A stretch of DNA of 64,000 bases. Source: Mizuhopecten yessoensis (Eukaryota). The notes beneath the pieces were generated by a model. It saw nothing but the letters and a program-made list of their open reading frames with translations, ran no database searches and was not told where the DNA came from. The position numbers and the translations under genes are program-made. Location of the stretch: contig NW_018407435.1 of assembly GCF_002113885.1 (NCBI RefSeq), positions 1,830,946 to 1,894,945 of the forward strand, read 5' to 3'. How positions within the stretch are numbered: position 1 is the first letter of the stretch; each line of letters starts with the position of its first letter. Shown one piece after another: positions 26,362 to 39,490 of the stretch.

Positions 26362-26713
26362 TGATAACTACAAGTAAATTCACATCATAAGTACCAGGTA
26401 GATATTTTGTTACTATTAGTTGGATTAATGTAATCAAACTTTCAATCATGTTTGGTTCAGTTTTCATACACGTGAAAATGTTCACCACATAATTTGATAA
26501 ATCACATGAAGATATGTATGAATATATTTTAAAATGTTATTTGATAAATCATGTTAGCTAATGAATCAAAGGTGGATCTAGGCCCAGTGCCCCATTTAAG
26601 ATATTTTGGTTGTTTTTGGGAATATGTGCATTTCCCTGTTTGAAAAAATCCTAGATCTGTGCCTGTGAATCATAAAATATCTATAGAGAATTAAGTCATG
26701 CTTGCACGACAAC

Positions 26714-26992
26714 TACAGTAAACTTCGTTATACTGCCTACAGTAAACCTTGTTATACTGCCTACAGTAAACCTTGTTATACTACCTACAGTAAACTTTGT
26801 TATACTGCCTACAGTAAACCTTGTTATACTGCCTACAGTAAACCTTGTAATACTGCCTACAGCAAACCTTGTTATACTGCCTACAGTAAACCTTGTTATA
26901 CTGCCTCCCTTTGTCCAGAGAAAAAGGAACCTTGAAATATGTTGGCGAGGTGGCACATGGATTAAAGGGCATTATAACAAGGTTTTACTGTA
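26714..26992. repeat. 24-bp minisatellite TACAGTAAACCTTGTTATACTGCC (8 copies) that is the amplified left TIR of a TA-flanked MITE
   Basis: Right end 26968-26992 GGCATTATAACAAGGTTTTACTGTA is nearly the reverse complement of the repeat unit. Confidence 0.88.
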
Positions 26993-28282
26993 GTTTTAAC
27001 ATGATAAATTCTAGATATTATATTCGTCCTGTAGAAATATTTATCCACTATATATTTAAAAAAAAAAGAACCTGTGTGGACAACAGATGTCATAATGTAT
27101 ATAAATGTTTGTGATTGCTGGTAGTATAGCTGGTGTGGTCATTATACTCATCTGTGATATTATGTGTAAAATAAGGAGTTTTAGATAGTCGAGTTGTCTC
27201 TCATATAACCAACTATTTATTCAATGTTGATTTTAACTCAAGTATAAATCAACCTACTTAAGTAATACTGATAAAAGACGTTGAACAATTCCAACCAGAA
27301 AAAGCTGTTAAAATAAAAGCTGTAAGATTATTGATCCTGTATGCATTTCAAACTAGCTTTTGTGTGATATTGGTTTATCTCCGTCAGTCTCAATATACAA
27401 TAATCTGGGAGAATTGACTTCGCTGATCCCAGTGGGTAGTAATTGAATGAAGGGGAGATAATCCTACATTCGGCAGTGATCAGACTGAAAGGTCTATGAA
27501 TGTGTACTGATAACAAATGGTCACAGTTAATTTGTTATATTTACCAGTTTTATTATATTCTGTATACTTGGTCGGTTAGTGTACATACATATATATTTTA
27601 TCATTTTTTTTCCTCGGCTGACATTAGCTTTACAATATATATATAGTATTGTTTTATTGATGTTGTTGCCTTACTAAGTTGTTTTCAAGTCTGTGATCTT
27701 GAAATGTTTTAAAGGATATACATCCAAAGTCATACACAAAATGAATGTAATTATTATTATTTTGTGGAAACTGTAAAGGCTGTACCAAGTAGCTAAATAT
27801 ATCAATTATTTATGTTTATGACAGAAAGGTTGAAAAATAACCTATACATTTTTTATTTTATTTTTTTAAATCTTCATACTGACCTGTCTCATGACTATGT
27901 TTTGCAGACAAAAGTCTTGGTGATTTAATGACTAAAAGTATAAGTACCTTAACATGATTGTAGGCGTCTAGTCATTTGCTGTTGAATTACATGTACTTTG
28001 AAGGAATTCGTTTTAAGTTCAATGGATAAGCGTGAGGAAATCAAGCACTGAACATTTTCCATCTTTCCGTGTATTCAAAGATTTGATATTTTTCTATTTC
28101 TTTTTTAATTTTCAAAGTTTACCTACAATGTATGATATGTTCCTATTATGCAATGAGAGGAAAACAAAATACAGATCAGATAATCCGACAAGTCCTTGTT
28201 TCAGAGATCAGGAAAAGGTTTCGCAATCTGCACACTATAAATGGTCAGTATAATGAAAGTGCCAAGATAGATTGGTAAAGGT

Positions 28283-29887
28283 TAATAAGACACAGGGACT
28301 GATAGTGCTGAGATAGTAATAAGACACAGGGACTGATAGTGCTGAGATAGAATTAGGACACAGGAACTGATAGTGCTGAGATAGAAATGGGACACGGGGA
28401 CTGATAGTGCTGAGATAGTAATAAGACAGGGACTGAAAGTGCTGAGATAGTAATAAGACAGGGACTGATGGTGCTGAGATAGAAATAAGACACAGGGACT
28501 GATAGAGCTGAGATAGAAATAGGACACAGGAACTGATAGTGCTGAGATAGAAATGGGACACGGGGACTGATAGTGCTGAGATAGTAATAAGGCAGGAACT
28601 GATAGTGCTGAGATAGTAATAAGACACAGGGAGTGATAGTGCTGAGATAGAAATAGGACATAGGGACTGATGGTGCTGAGATAGAAATAAGACACAGGGA
28701 CTGATAGTGCTGAGATAGAAATAGGACACAGGAACTGATAGTGCTGAGATAGAAATAGGACACAGGGACTGATAGTGCTGAGATAGTAAGAAGACAGGGA
28801 CTGATAGTGCTGAGATAGTAAGAAGACAGGGACTGATAGTGCGGAGATAGTAATAAGACAGGGACTGAAAGTGCTGAGATAGTAATAAGACAGGGACTGA
28901 TAGTGCGGAGATAGTAATAAGACAGGAACTGATAGTGCTGAGATAGAATTAGGACACAGGAACTGATAGAGCTGAGATAGTAATAAGACACAGGGACTGA
29001 TAGAGCTGAGATAGTAATAAGACAGGGACTGATGGTGCTGAGATAGAAATAAGACACAGAGACTGATAGTGCTGAGATAGAAATAGGACACAGGAACTGA
29101 TAGTGCTGAGACAGAAATAGGACACAGGAACTGATAGTGCTGAGATAGTAATAAGACAGGGACTGATAGTGCTGAGATAGTAATAAGACAGGGACTGATA
29201 GTGCTGAGATAGAAATAAGACACAGAGACTGATAGTGCTGAGATAGAAATAGGACATAGGGACTGATAGTGCTGAGATAGTAATAAGACACAGGGACTGA
29301 TAGTGCTGAGATAGTAATAAGACACAGGGACTGATAGTGCTGAGATAGAAATAGGACACAGGGACTGATAGTGCTGAGATAGTAATAAGACACAGGGACT
29401 GATAGTGCTGAGACAGAAATAGAACACAGGGACTTATAGTGCTGAGATAGAAATAGGACATCATAGGGACTGATAGTGCTGAGATAGTAATAAGACACAG
29501 GGACTGATAGTGCTGAGATAGTAATAAGACACAGGGACTGATAGTGCTGAGATAGAAATAAGACACAGGGACTGATAGTGCTGAGATAGAAATAGGACAT
29601 AGGGACTGATGGTGCTGAGATAGAAATAGGACGTCATAGGGACTGATAGTGCTGAGATAGAAATAGAACACAGGGACTGATAGTGCTGAGATAGAAATAG
29701 AACACAGGGACTGATAGTGCTGAGATAGAAATAGGACACAGGGACTGATAGTGCTGAGATAGAAATAGGACACAGGGACTGATAGTGCTGAGATAGAAAT
29801 AGGACACAGGGACTGATAGTGCTGAGATAGAAATAGAACACAGGGACTGATAGTGCTGAGATAGAAATAGGACATAGGGATTGATAC
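28283..29887. repeat. Minisatellite, 32-37-bp unit GACACAGGGACTGATAGTGCTGAGATAGWAATAR
   Basis: About 47 tandem copies, directly visible. Confidence 0.97.
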
Positions 29888-31754
29888 TCACAGTGCTTTC
29901 AACATACCTCTGATGATAAAAGCTCTTTTACTACAAAACTTAAGCATATCAAAGTATTAATATTTCATACTTGTTATTTCAATGTTATCGTGTATAATTA
30001 CAATTAACAATATCATTTTTGCTTTAAGACGTTGTTTTGTCCAAGGTGCTTCACAACCCTAGATTCCAGTAAGATAAAAAAATCTGATTGGTGACAATCA
30101 AATTAGCTGTTATATTTGTTACTGTTTAGAAATATGTACAGTATTAGTGCTTCCTTTTGAGTCAAACTATTTGTTGTCGTAACATTTGCTACTGATCGAC
30201 CTTGTTAAGTTTTTGAGTAAGAATGAGTATGATAATAGTGCTCGGATAATTTAATAACGGGACAGTTTTTTCTGTCCCTCGATGAAGTCAATTACCAGGG
30301 TAGGCACATATATGTTGTTTGGAAACAGTTTTTTAATTTTAAGATATTATATGTGTGTCAGAAATATTGAAATAGGAAGTTTCACTGTCAGTCTGCAGAG
30401 AATTTCTTTAAGATATTACTTTTATTAGATTTGCTTATGTTTAAGTTTTTGTGTTTTATTGAGATACCAACAGTTTATTGGTAGTTCAGCTGGCTGAACC
30501 CAAATCAAAATGAACGGCACATTAGACTAAGGGGAGACAACTCTACCAGTCTTGGTTTCAATCTAAGAGCTTAGGTCTTTCATCACTATAGTCCAATATT
30601 TTGGTTGGATTTTCTTTTTGTACAGGGTATATCCTCTATGGACAAAAGAGTGACATTTTGAAAAAGAAATAAAAAAAAAAAGGAATTAAAGAAAATCAAT
30701 TTTGTTACCTCAAATATTCTTTCAAAGATGACTTGATCCCTCACCCCCGTTTTTTAATAATTCAATGTTAAACACTTGCATAGACTTTCCATAATTATCA
30801 GACCAGTAACACTTTGTAAATACAGACAGAAGAAGGTTTTCAACAACATTTACTGTTGAAATATTTACATTTTTAAATAAGTTTGGCTCTTTTGCGAGAT
30901 ACGAAAATAAAAAAACGATAGGATATTTACCGGTATTACTGGAAGTATCTGAAAATTAATAAAAAGGGAGGATGAATTCATTTTATAATAACATGCTACA
31001 CAGGCCGACAGTAAGAATTCCGGCAAGCAGTATCTGATAAATAGAATATCAATTTACTAAGGATTTTTTTTTTTAAATTGCCAGTATCTGTCAGCGAAGG
31101 TTCTGTTCATACTTGTAAGGTATAATTCTGATGTAGATAAAATGTTAAATGCCTGGCATATTTACAGATTTTGCTGACTTATTTATGCATGTAGAACTCC
31201 CCACACATTTGAATTTATAGTCTTCCTGACACAGAGACCATTTTTACACATTTGTAGATTTTGCTAACTCATTTTAAGATATTTGATTCAGAAAACCATC
31301 AAACACCATGCAAGCATTAAGTGTGATTTTTTTTAACCTGGTTATTTCATTGGCGAAGTATCATTAATTAATATCAGGAAGAAAGATATTGTAGAAAAGT
31401 GCCAGTCAAAAAATTGTTCTAGCGTTATCTTTTATTATTTTGTTTTTTTCTTTAGCAGTGTTGTCATGCTTTTCATTATTTTGTTATTTATAAAATCATC
31501 CCCCTTAAAAGGAGTAAATGCAGTTTTAAAAAAGAACTGTTAACTAAATAGAGAGAAAAAAATAATTAAGACTAAAATAGAAAAACATACTGTGGCAAAA
31601 ATAAATATGGAGATACATTAAAAAAATGAAGTTGTTTGTATTAACTTTGTACAACATTTGTGTAAATATGAATAGCCTTATTGCCAAATCATGTGATCAT
31701 GAATATACTTGATTTGATTCCCCACGTCCTGTATATACTCTGAGTGAGAATGAT

Positions 31755-34163
31755 GTTAGAATTACTCCTGTATATCTGTAGATCTTAGGGTAAGATTATG
31801 TTAGGTCTACACTTGTATATACAGGTAGATCTGAGGGTAGGATTGTGTTAGGACTACACCTGTATATACAGGTAGATTTGAGGTTAGGATTATGTTAGGA
31901 CTACACCTGTATATACAGGTAGATTTGAGGTTATGATTATGTTAGGACAACATCTGTATATACAGGTAGATTTGAGGGTAGGATTGTGTTAGGACTACAC
32001 CTGTATATACAGGTAGATTTGAGGTTAGGATTATGTTAGGACAACATCTGTATATACAGGTAGATCTGAGGGTAGGATTATGTTAGGACAACATCTGTAT
32101 ATACAGGTAGATTTGAGGGTAGGATTATGTTAAGACTACACCTGTATATACAGGTAGATCTGAGGGTAGGATTGTGTTAAGACTACACTTGTATATACAG
32201 GTAGATTTGAGGGTAGGATTATGTTAGGGCTACACCTGTATATCTGTAGATCTGAGGGTAGGATTATGTTAGGACTACACCTGTATATACAGGTAGATTT
32301 GAGGTTAGGATTATGTTAGGACTACACCTATATATACAGGTAGATTTGAGGGTAGGATTATGTTAGGGCTACACCTGTATATCTGTAGATCTGAGGTTAG
32401 GATTATGTTAGGACTACACCTATATATACAGGTAGATCTGAGGGTAGGATTATGTTAAGACTACACCTGTATATATACAGGTAGATCTGAGGGAAGGATT
32501 ATGTTAAGACTACACCTTTATATACAGGTAGATCTAAGGGTAAGATTATGTTAGGACTACACCTGTATATACAGGTAGATCTGAGGTTAGAATTGTGTTA
32601 GGACTACACCTGTACATACAGGTAGATTTGAGGGTAAGATTATGTTAGGACTACACCTGTATATACAGGTAGATCTGAGGGTCGGATTATGTTAGGACTA
32701 CACCTGTATATACGGGTAGATCTGAGGGTAGGATTATGTTACGACTACACCTGTATATACAGGTAGATCTGAGGGTAGGATTGTGTTAGGACTACACCTG
32801 TAAATAGGTGTAGATCTGAGGGTAGGATTATGTTAGGACTACACCTGTATATAAAGGTAGATCTGAGGGAAGAATTATGTTAGGACTTCACCTGTATATA
32901 CAGGTAGATTTGAGGGTAGGATTGTGTTAGGACTACACCTGTATACAGGTAGATCTGAGGGTAGGATTATGTTAGGACTACACCTGTATATACAGGTAGA
33001 TCTGAGGGTAGGATTATGTTAGGACTACACCTGTATATACAGGTAGATTTGAGGTTAGGATTATGTTAGGACTACACCTGTATATACAGGTAGATTTGAG
33101 GGTAGGATTATGTTACGGCTACACCGGTATATCTGTAGATTTGAGGGTAGGATTGTGTTAAGACTACACCTGTATACAGGTAGATCTGAGGGTAGGATTA
33201 TGTTAGGACTACACCTGTATATACAGGTAAATTTGAGGGTAGGATTATGTTAGATCTACACCTGTATATACAGGTAGATTTGAGGTTAGGATTATGATAG
33301 GACTACACCTGTATATACAGCCTGTATATCTGTAGATTTGAGGGTAGGATTGTGTTAAGACTACAACTGTATACAGGTAGATCTGAGGGGAGGATTATGT
33401 TAGGACTACACCTTTATATACAGGTAGATTTGAGGGACGGATTATGTTAGGACTCCACCTGTATATACAGGTAGATCTAAGGGTAGGATTATGTTAGGAC
33501 TACGGACTACACCTGTATATACAGGAAGATCTGAGGGTAGGATTTTGTTAGGACTACACCTGTATATACAGCCTGTATATCTGTAGATTTGAGGTTAGGA
33601 TTATGTTAGGACTACACCGGTATATACAGGTAGATTTGAGGGAATGATTGTGTTAAGACTACACCTGTATACACAGGTAGATTTGAGGGTAGGATTATGT
33701 TCGGACTACACCTGTAAATACAGGTAGATCTGAGGGTAGGAGTATGTTAGGACTACACCTGTATATACAGCCTGTATATCTGTAGATTTGAGGTTAGGAT
33801 TATGATAGGACTACACCTGTATATACAGGAAGATCTGAGGGTAGGATTATGTTACGACTACACCTGTATATACAGGTAAATTTGAGGGTAGGATTATGTT
33901 AGGGCTACACCTGTATGTACAGGTAGATCTGAGGGTAGGAGTATGTTAGGACTACACCTGTATATACAGCCTGTATATCTGTAGATTTGAGGGTAGGATT
34001 GCGTTAAGACTACACCTGTATACAGGTAGATTTGAGGGTAGGAATATGTTAAGACTACATCTGTATATACAGGTAGATTTGAGGTTAGGATTATGATAGG
34101 ACTACACCTGTATATACAGCCTGTATATCTGTAGATTTGAGGGTAGGATTATGTTAGGACTAC
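31755..34163. repeat. Satellite, 47-bp unit GAGGGTAGGATTATGTTAGGACTACACCTGTATATACAGGTAGATCT
   Basis: About 50 tandem copies; unit holds a 16-bp palindrome ACCTGTATATACAGGT. Confidence 0.97.
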
Positions 34164-34280
34164 AGCAATAGATGACCATATGACAATATGATAATTAGAT
34201 GTTATATTGATACATTAGTATATCCACACTTACATTGTCTGGTGAAAGTGGGACTGAATTGACTGACACCAGGTGTGGTA

Positions 34281-34620
34281 GTGGGACAATTTGACAGTTG
34301 ACTGTGTTTTGGTGGGACAATTTGACAGGCGACTGTTTTAGTGGGACAATTTGACAGGTGACTGTTTTGATGGGACAATTGGACAGGCGACTGTTTTGGT
34401 GGGACAATTTGACAGGTGACTGTTTTGATGGGACAATTTGACAGTTGACTGTGTTTTGGTGGGACAATTTGACAGGCGACTGTTTTAGTGGGACAATTTG
34501 ACAGGTGACTGTTTTGGTGGGACAATTTGACAGGCGACTGTTTTAGTGGGACAATTTGACAGGTGACTGTTTTGATGGGACAATTGGACAGGCGACTGTT
34601 TTGGTGGGACAATTTGACAG
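34281..34620. repeat. Minisatellite, 29-bp unit GTGGGACAATTTGACAGGCGACTGTTTTG
   Basis: Tandem array, first block. Confidence 0.95.
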
Positions 34621-35118
34621 GATCTGAGGGTAGGATTATGTTAGGAATACACCTGTATATACAGGTAGATCTAAGGGTAGAATTATGTAAGGTCTACACC
34701 TGTATATACAGGTAGGTTTGAGGGAAGGATTGTGTTAGGACAACCCATGTATATACAGGTAGATCTGAGGGTAGGAGTATGTTAGGACTACACCTGTATA
34801 CAGGTAGATTTGAGGGTAGGAATATGTTAAGACTACATCTGTATATACAGGTAGATTTGAGGGAAGGATTATGTTCGGACTACACCTGTAAATACAGGTA
34901 GATCTGAGGGTAGGGTTTTGTTAGGACTACACCTGTATATACAGGAAGATCTGAGGGTAGGATTTTGTTAGGACTACACCTGTATATACAGGGAGATTTG
35001 AGGGTAGGATTATGTTACGACTACACCTGTATATACAGGTAGGTTTGAGGGAAGGATTGTGTTAGGACAACCCATGTATATACAGGTAGATCTGAGGGTA
35101 GGATTATGTTAGGACTAC
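34621..35118. repeat. 47-bp satellite, second block
   Basis: Same unit as 31755-34163. Confidence 0.95.
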
Positions 35119-35235
35119 AGCAATAGATGACCATATAACAATATGATAATTAGATGTTATATTGATACATTAGTATATCCACACTTACATTGTCTGGTGA
35201 AAGTGGGACTGAATTGACTGACACCAGGTGTGGTA

Positions 35236-36408
35236 GTGGGACAATTTGACAGTTGACTGTGTTTTGGTGGGACAATTTGACAGGCGACTGTTTTGGGACA
35301 ATTTGTTAGGTGACTGTTTTGGTGGGATAATTTGACAGGTGACTGCTTTGATGGGACAATTTGTCAGGTGAAAGTGGGACTGAATTGATTGACACCAGGT
35401 GTGGTAGTGGGACAATTTGACAGGCGACAGTTTTGGTGGGACAATTTGACAAGCGACTGTTTTAGGGGGACAATTTGACAGGCGATTGTTTTGGTGGGCC
35501 ATCTTGACAGGCGACTGTTTGGGTGGGACAATTTGACAGATGACTGTTTTGGTGGTACATTTTGACAGGCGACTGTTTTGGGACAATTTGTTAGGTGACT
35601 GTTTTGGTGAGACAATTTGACAGGCGATTGTTTTGGTGGGCCATCTTGACAGGCGACTGTTTTTGTGAGACAATTTGACAGGCGATTGTTTTGGTGGGCC
35701 ATCTTGACAGGCGACTGTTTTAGTTGGACAATTTGACAGGTGATTGTTTTGGTGGGACAATTAGACAGGTGACTGTTTTGGTGGGATAATTTGACAGGTG
35801 ACTGCTTTGATGGGACAATTTGACAGGTGACTTTTTTGGTGGGACAATTTAACAGGCGACTGTTTTGGGGGGCCATCTGGACAGGCGACTGTTTTGGGGG
35901 GACAATTTGACAGGCGATTGTTTTGGTGGGCCATCTTGACAGGCGACTGTTTTAGTAGGACAATTTGACAGGTGACTGCTTTGATGGGACAATTTGTCCG
36001 GTGACTGTTTTGGTGGGCCAATTTGCCAGGGGCCTGTTTTGGTGGGCCATCTTGACAGGCGACTGTTTGGGTGGGACAATTTGACAGATGACTGTTTTGG
36101 TGGTACATTTTGACAGGCGACTGTTTTTGTGAGACAATTTGACAGGGGTCTGTTTTGGTGGGACAAGTTGACAGGTGACTGTTTTTGTGGGACAATTTGA
36201 CAGACGACTGTTTTGGTGGGACAATTTGACAGGCGACTGTTTTGGTGGGCCATCTGGACAGGCGACTGTTTTGGTGGGACAATTTGACAGGTGACTGTTT
36301 TGGTGGGACAATTTGACAGGTGACTGTTTTGGTGGGACAATTTGACAGGTGACTGTTTTGGTGGGACAATTTGACAGGCGACTGTTTTGGTGGGACAATT
36401 TGACAGGC
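35236..36408. repeat. 29-bp minisatellite, second block
   Basis: Same unit as 34281-34620, plus the variant gtgggccatcttgacagg. Confidence 0.95.
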
Positions 36409-36548
36409 GTGCTGAGTTGTATTTGATTGTATATTTTGTAATTGTTGGACAGATTTGGACAGGAAAGACTGAAAGATGACAGTGTGAATATAGTAATGTA
36501 TTTGAAGTTATATGTAAATGCCTATATGAGCTTTTAATGTGAAACCAA

Positions 36549-36789
36549 TGTAGTGAAACCTGACTAATCCGACCCCTGAGAATTCTGACATCCTGTCCAA
36601 TTGAACATAGTGCTTTAATCCAATTTCTTATTTCTTTCAGGGTGTCAGACTAGACAGGTTGGTCTAATAGTCTGCGTCCCAAAAGATGTCAGATTAGACA
36701 GGTTTGATGGGACAATTTGTCAGGTGAAAGTGGGACTGAATTGACATGTTGTATCCAACTTGATGTCAGATTAGACAGGTTTCACTGTA
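36549..36789. mobile_element. Tc1/mariner-type MITE, rearranged
   Basis: Left tgtagtgaaacctgactaatccgac versus right gtcagattagacaggtttcactgta; right-end motif repeated at ~36644, 36688, 36765. Confidence 0.6.
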
Positions 36790-37489
36790 CTATAATATCA
36801 TAATTATTTACACTGTATTTAATGGTATATTGTATGAATAAACTATATTGTTGTTGCCAATGCTGTATTTTGTTGTATTTGATTATAATGGGGTATACAA
36901 TATTACGGAGTTTTTTCACCTGTGACAAATCATATTTAAGTAAGTTAGTGACACGGAGTACTACCATTTACTGAAACAATTTTAAGGAAGCGTATCGGAG
37001 CGGAGAAAATTGGAGAGGAAAAAAAACAATAGTGGCCAAAAAGAAAGAAAAATATAAGTTCAAAAATCATTTCTTCTTTATTAATTGAAAGGGGAGTGGT
37101 AAGGACATTTAAAAGAGTTTTAATATGTAACAGAAATATCCTGAACTACTTCCACTCCCATGATACATGAATGATTGTCTCCCTGTCAGTGGCCACATAA
37201 CACACAGCTAAACATATAGGTCACAGTTACCTACATTTGATACATTGGTTTAATTCTCTGCTAGATCAATCAATATCTAGTATTAGTGTAACTGAACTAA
37301 ACACATAGTAAGACTAAGCCAAGACGTCGTACGAACGAATTTGCCAAGATTACGTACGGACGAACTAACCCAGTTATCGGACGGAACAAACTATACACCA
37401 TTTACTGTGAAATAAACGTACTTCAAAAAGAAGTAGATATATATTTATAACGCCTATACCCTGTTCAACGGATTTGTGCGGTGGTTATA

Positions 37490-37578
37490 TTAACTCATTC
37501 ACCCCTGGAATTTCATAATGAACTATTCAAGCCTTTGAATTGGAAGATTCAAATGTGTCTTCAGGGGTTAATGGGTTA
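37490..37578. mobile_element. ~90-bp TTAA-bounded MITE, copy 3 (reverse orientation)
   Basis: ttaactcattcacccctgga...ttcaaatgtgtcttcaggggttaatgggtta is the reverse complement of copies 1 and 2. Confidence 0.75.
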
Positions 37579-39194
37579 TGCTTTTAAAACATATTCCTAG
37601 TATGACGAGAGATGTTTCAACAGCGCATTTACGGATAGTTACAGATCCCTACCAACATTTCTTTTTATTCCGTTTTTGTTTTAAAGCTTAGATTTACAAA
37701 ATAATAATGGTAAGAGATGCGTGCCTTCATTTGTATGGGACGTATGTATAGCTCTGATGGTTGTTTCATAATGGAGCCCATGCCATATGTTGTATAGTGA
37801 GACGGGACAGGGGGTACATGTGTATCTGTATACTTGATGCCTGACAGGGATTAAGTCACAGTGATTTATTAGCCTGGACCAAATGTGATATTCCCTTGTG
37901 GCTGAATAAAGAAACATATCATGTACACCCAACTGCTGCCATGATTAATGTAAAAAATGAAGGTTGAGAGGGGGAGCAAAAGATTGACTCCGCGCGTCGG
38001 CACAGATTGGTCATCACCGTTAGGGAGGGTGTATGCTTGACATAGTGGATCGGTTGACACCGTCTTTTTGGAAACCATGTTGGAAATAAACCGTTCTTAT
38101 TTCTAATATTTGCTGCCACACTTTAATCATTGAAAGTTGAGCATTATTCGAGAAGGCAGCGTGCCTTTTTTGAGCGGTTAAACGTCCGCTTCAATACCGA
38201 GTAGTTTGGTTATCCAGAAGACGACAGGGCAATTAACGTCTTGGGACAACTTGTCCAATAACGTCGGAGTCACATAGAAAAAACAAACATAACACGTTGT
38301 GCCAAAGGCACCAGCCCTGCCTCATGTGTACAATGTGTGGACGTTGTATACTTATATGTTTGTTATGGGTCCGTGTTTCTAAGTCTCACAATAGTGCCAT
38401 ATCGCTTGAATAATGCAGCATATTATATACCGTAATACCAAACCCATAGTATATAATTATCATTCAAGGTTTGCAGAGTCTTGTGAACAAACTGGAATGA
38501 AGCGTCTTGCTGAAGGCAGAGACGAGAAAAAACTGTTTTATGTCCCTACTTAAGGACACAATACGACCAATCGGGTGGGGACTGAGCCTGGGCCGGGTTT
38601 CCTGAATCGCAGACAATCTATCCATATACCCCCATGCACCCCAAGCACTGGCTGCGTACAAACTGGATGTGAGGTTTGTTGTGTTTAAGAACAATTCTTA
38701 TAGTAAAAAAAATAGTTGGCGTCGTAGAGATAAGACTGCGCGTCGACGTCTATTACTTTCGTACCATTTCTCTCCGCTTCGCATCAATGTATTACGGCAA
38801 GTAATCATCTGTGTTGTTGTCCGCGCGTCCGTGTGAAGTGATTAGCACTGCGTCTTTGGGAGATTTAGTGCTTCGGAAGAAGTATTGTTATATAATAGCG
38901 TGTCTGATTGAATTATATTGATCACATTACATGGAAATTAAACATGGTGGTGACCTCCTGTGCTCGAGTTTTCTCGGTCGTTTTTCCCTTATTCGGAGCC
39001 TCTCTAGAAAAATGGAAAGGGGACACCACACCTGAGTTATACGTGACTGAAGCAGACGGGAAGCAAGATCATCTGTACTGTTGTGCTACTGTTATGCTTT
39101 GGTAAAATAACATTTATTATCCTTGTGGTAAGGAAACACAATTCTTTGTATCCCTCGATTTTCCAAAAAGTCATGATTCTCAACCAAAAGGGCA

Positions 39195-39490
39195 CGGTTG
39201 AGGTTCGGCTTTATTGGGTTTGGCATCCTATTAACAGGATTCAACATTATTCAATGACGTTGAATGTGTGCATATATGGTGGAGGAGGTATTTTGGTGTA
39301 TTTGCCTCCTTGCGATAGCGCAGATCTGATGCCGACTACTGAGTGCTACCTAACTGAAATACGTGTACCATGCCGAAAGCACCCAATAACAGTAACCCAC
39401 CCGGTCATACATGTAGTTTACCAATAACGCGTGAACCAGCTGTTGCGATTACCCTTAATGATTCTGAACGTTAGGCCAAAAGTGAAGTAC
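39195..39490 (-). mobile_element. Degenerate Meta-domain SINE
   Basis: gtgctacctaactgaaata...catgccga...cccacccggtcata...gtgaaccagc resembles the reverse complement of the MetaSINE core as I recall it; tail-like gggtttggcatcctattaacagg at left. Confidence 0.5.

Noticed and set aside
28235-29891. Long overlapping minus-strand ORFs (up to 415 aa)
   Set aside because: Artefacts of the ~34-bp minisatellite.
34195-36398. Cys/Pro/Gln-rich minus-strand ORFs
   Set aside because: Artefacts of the 29-bp minisatellite; the same peptides cycle through all frames.
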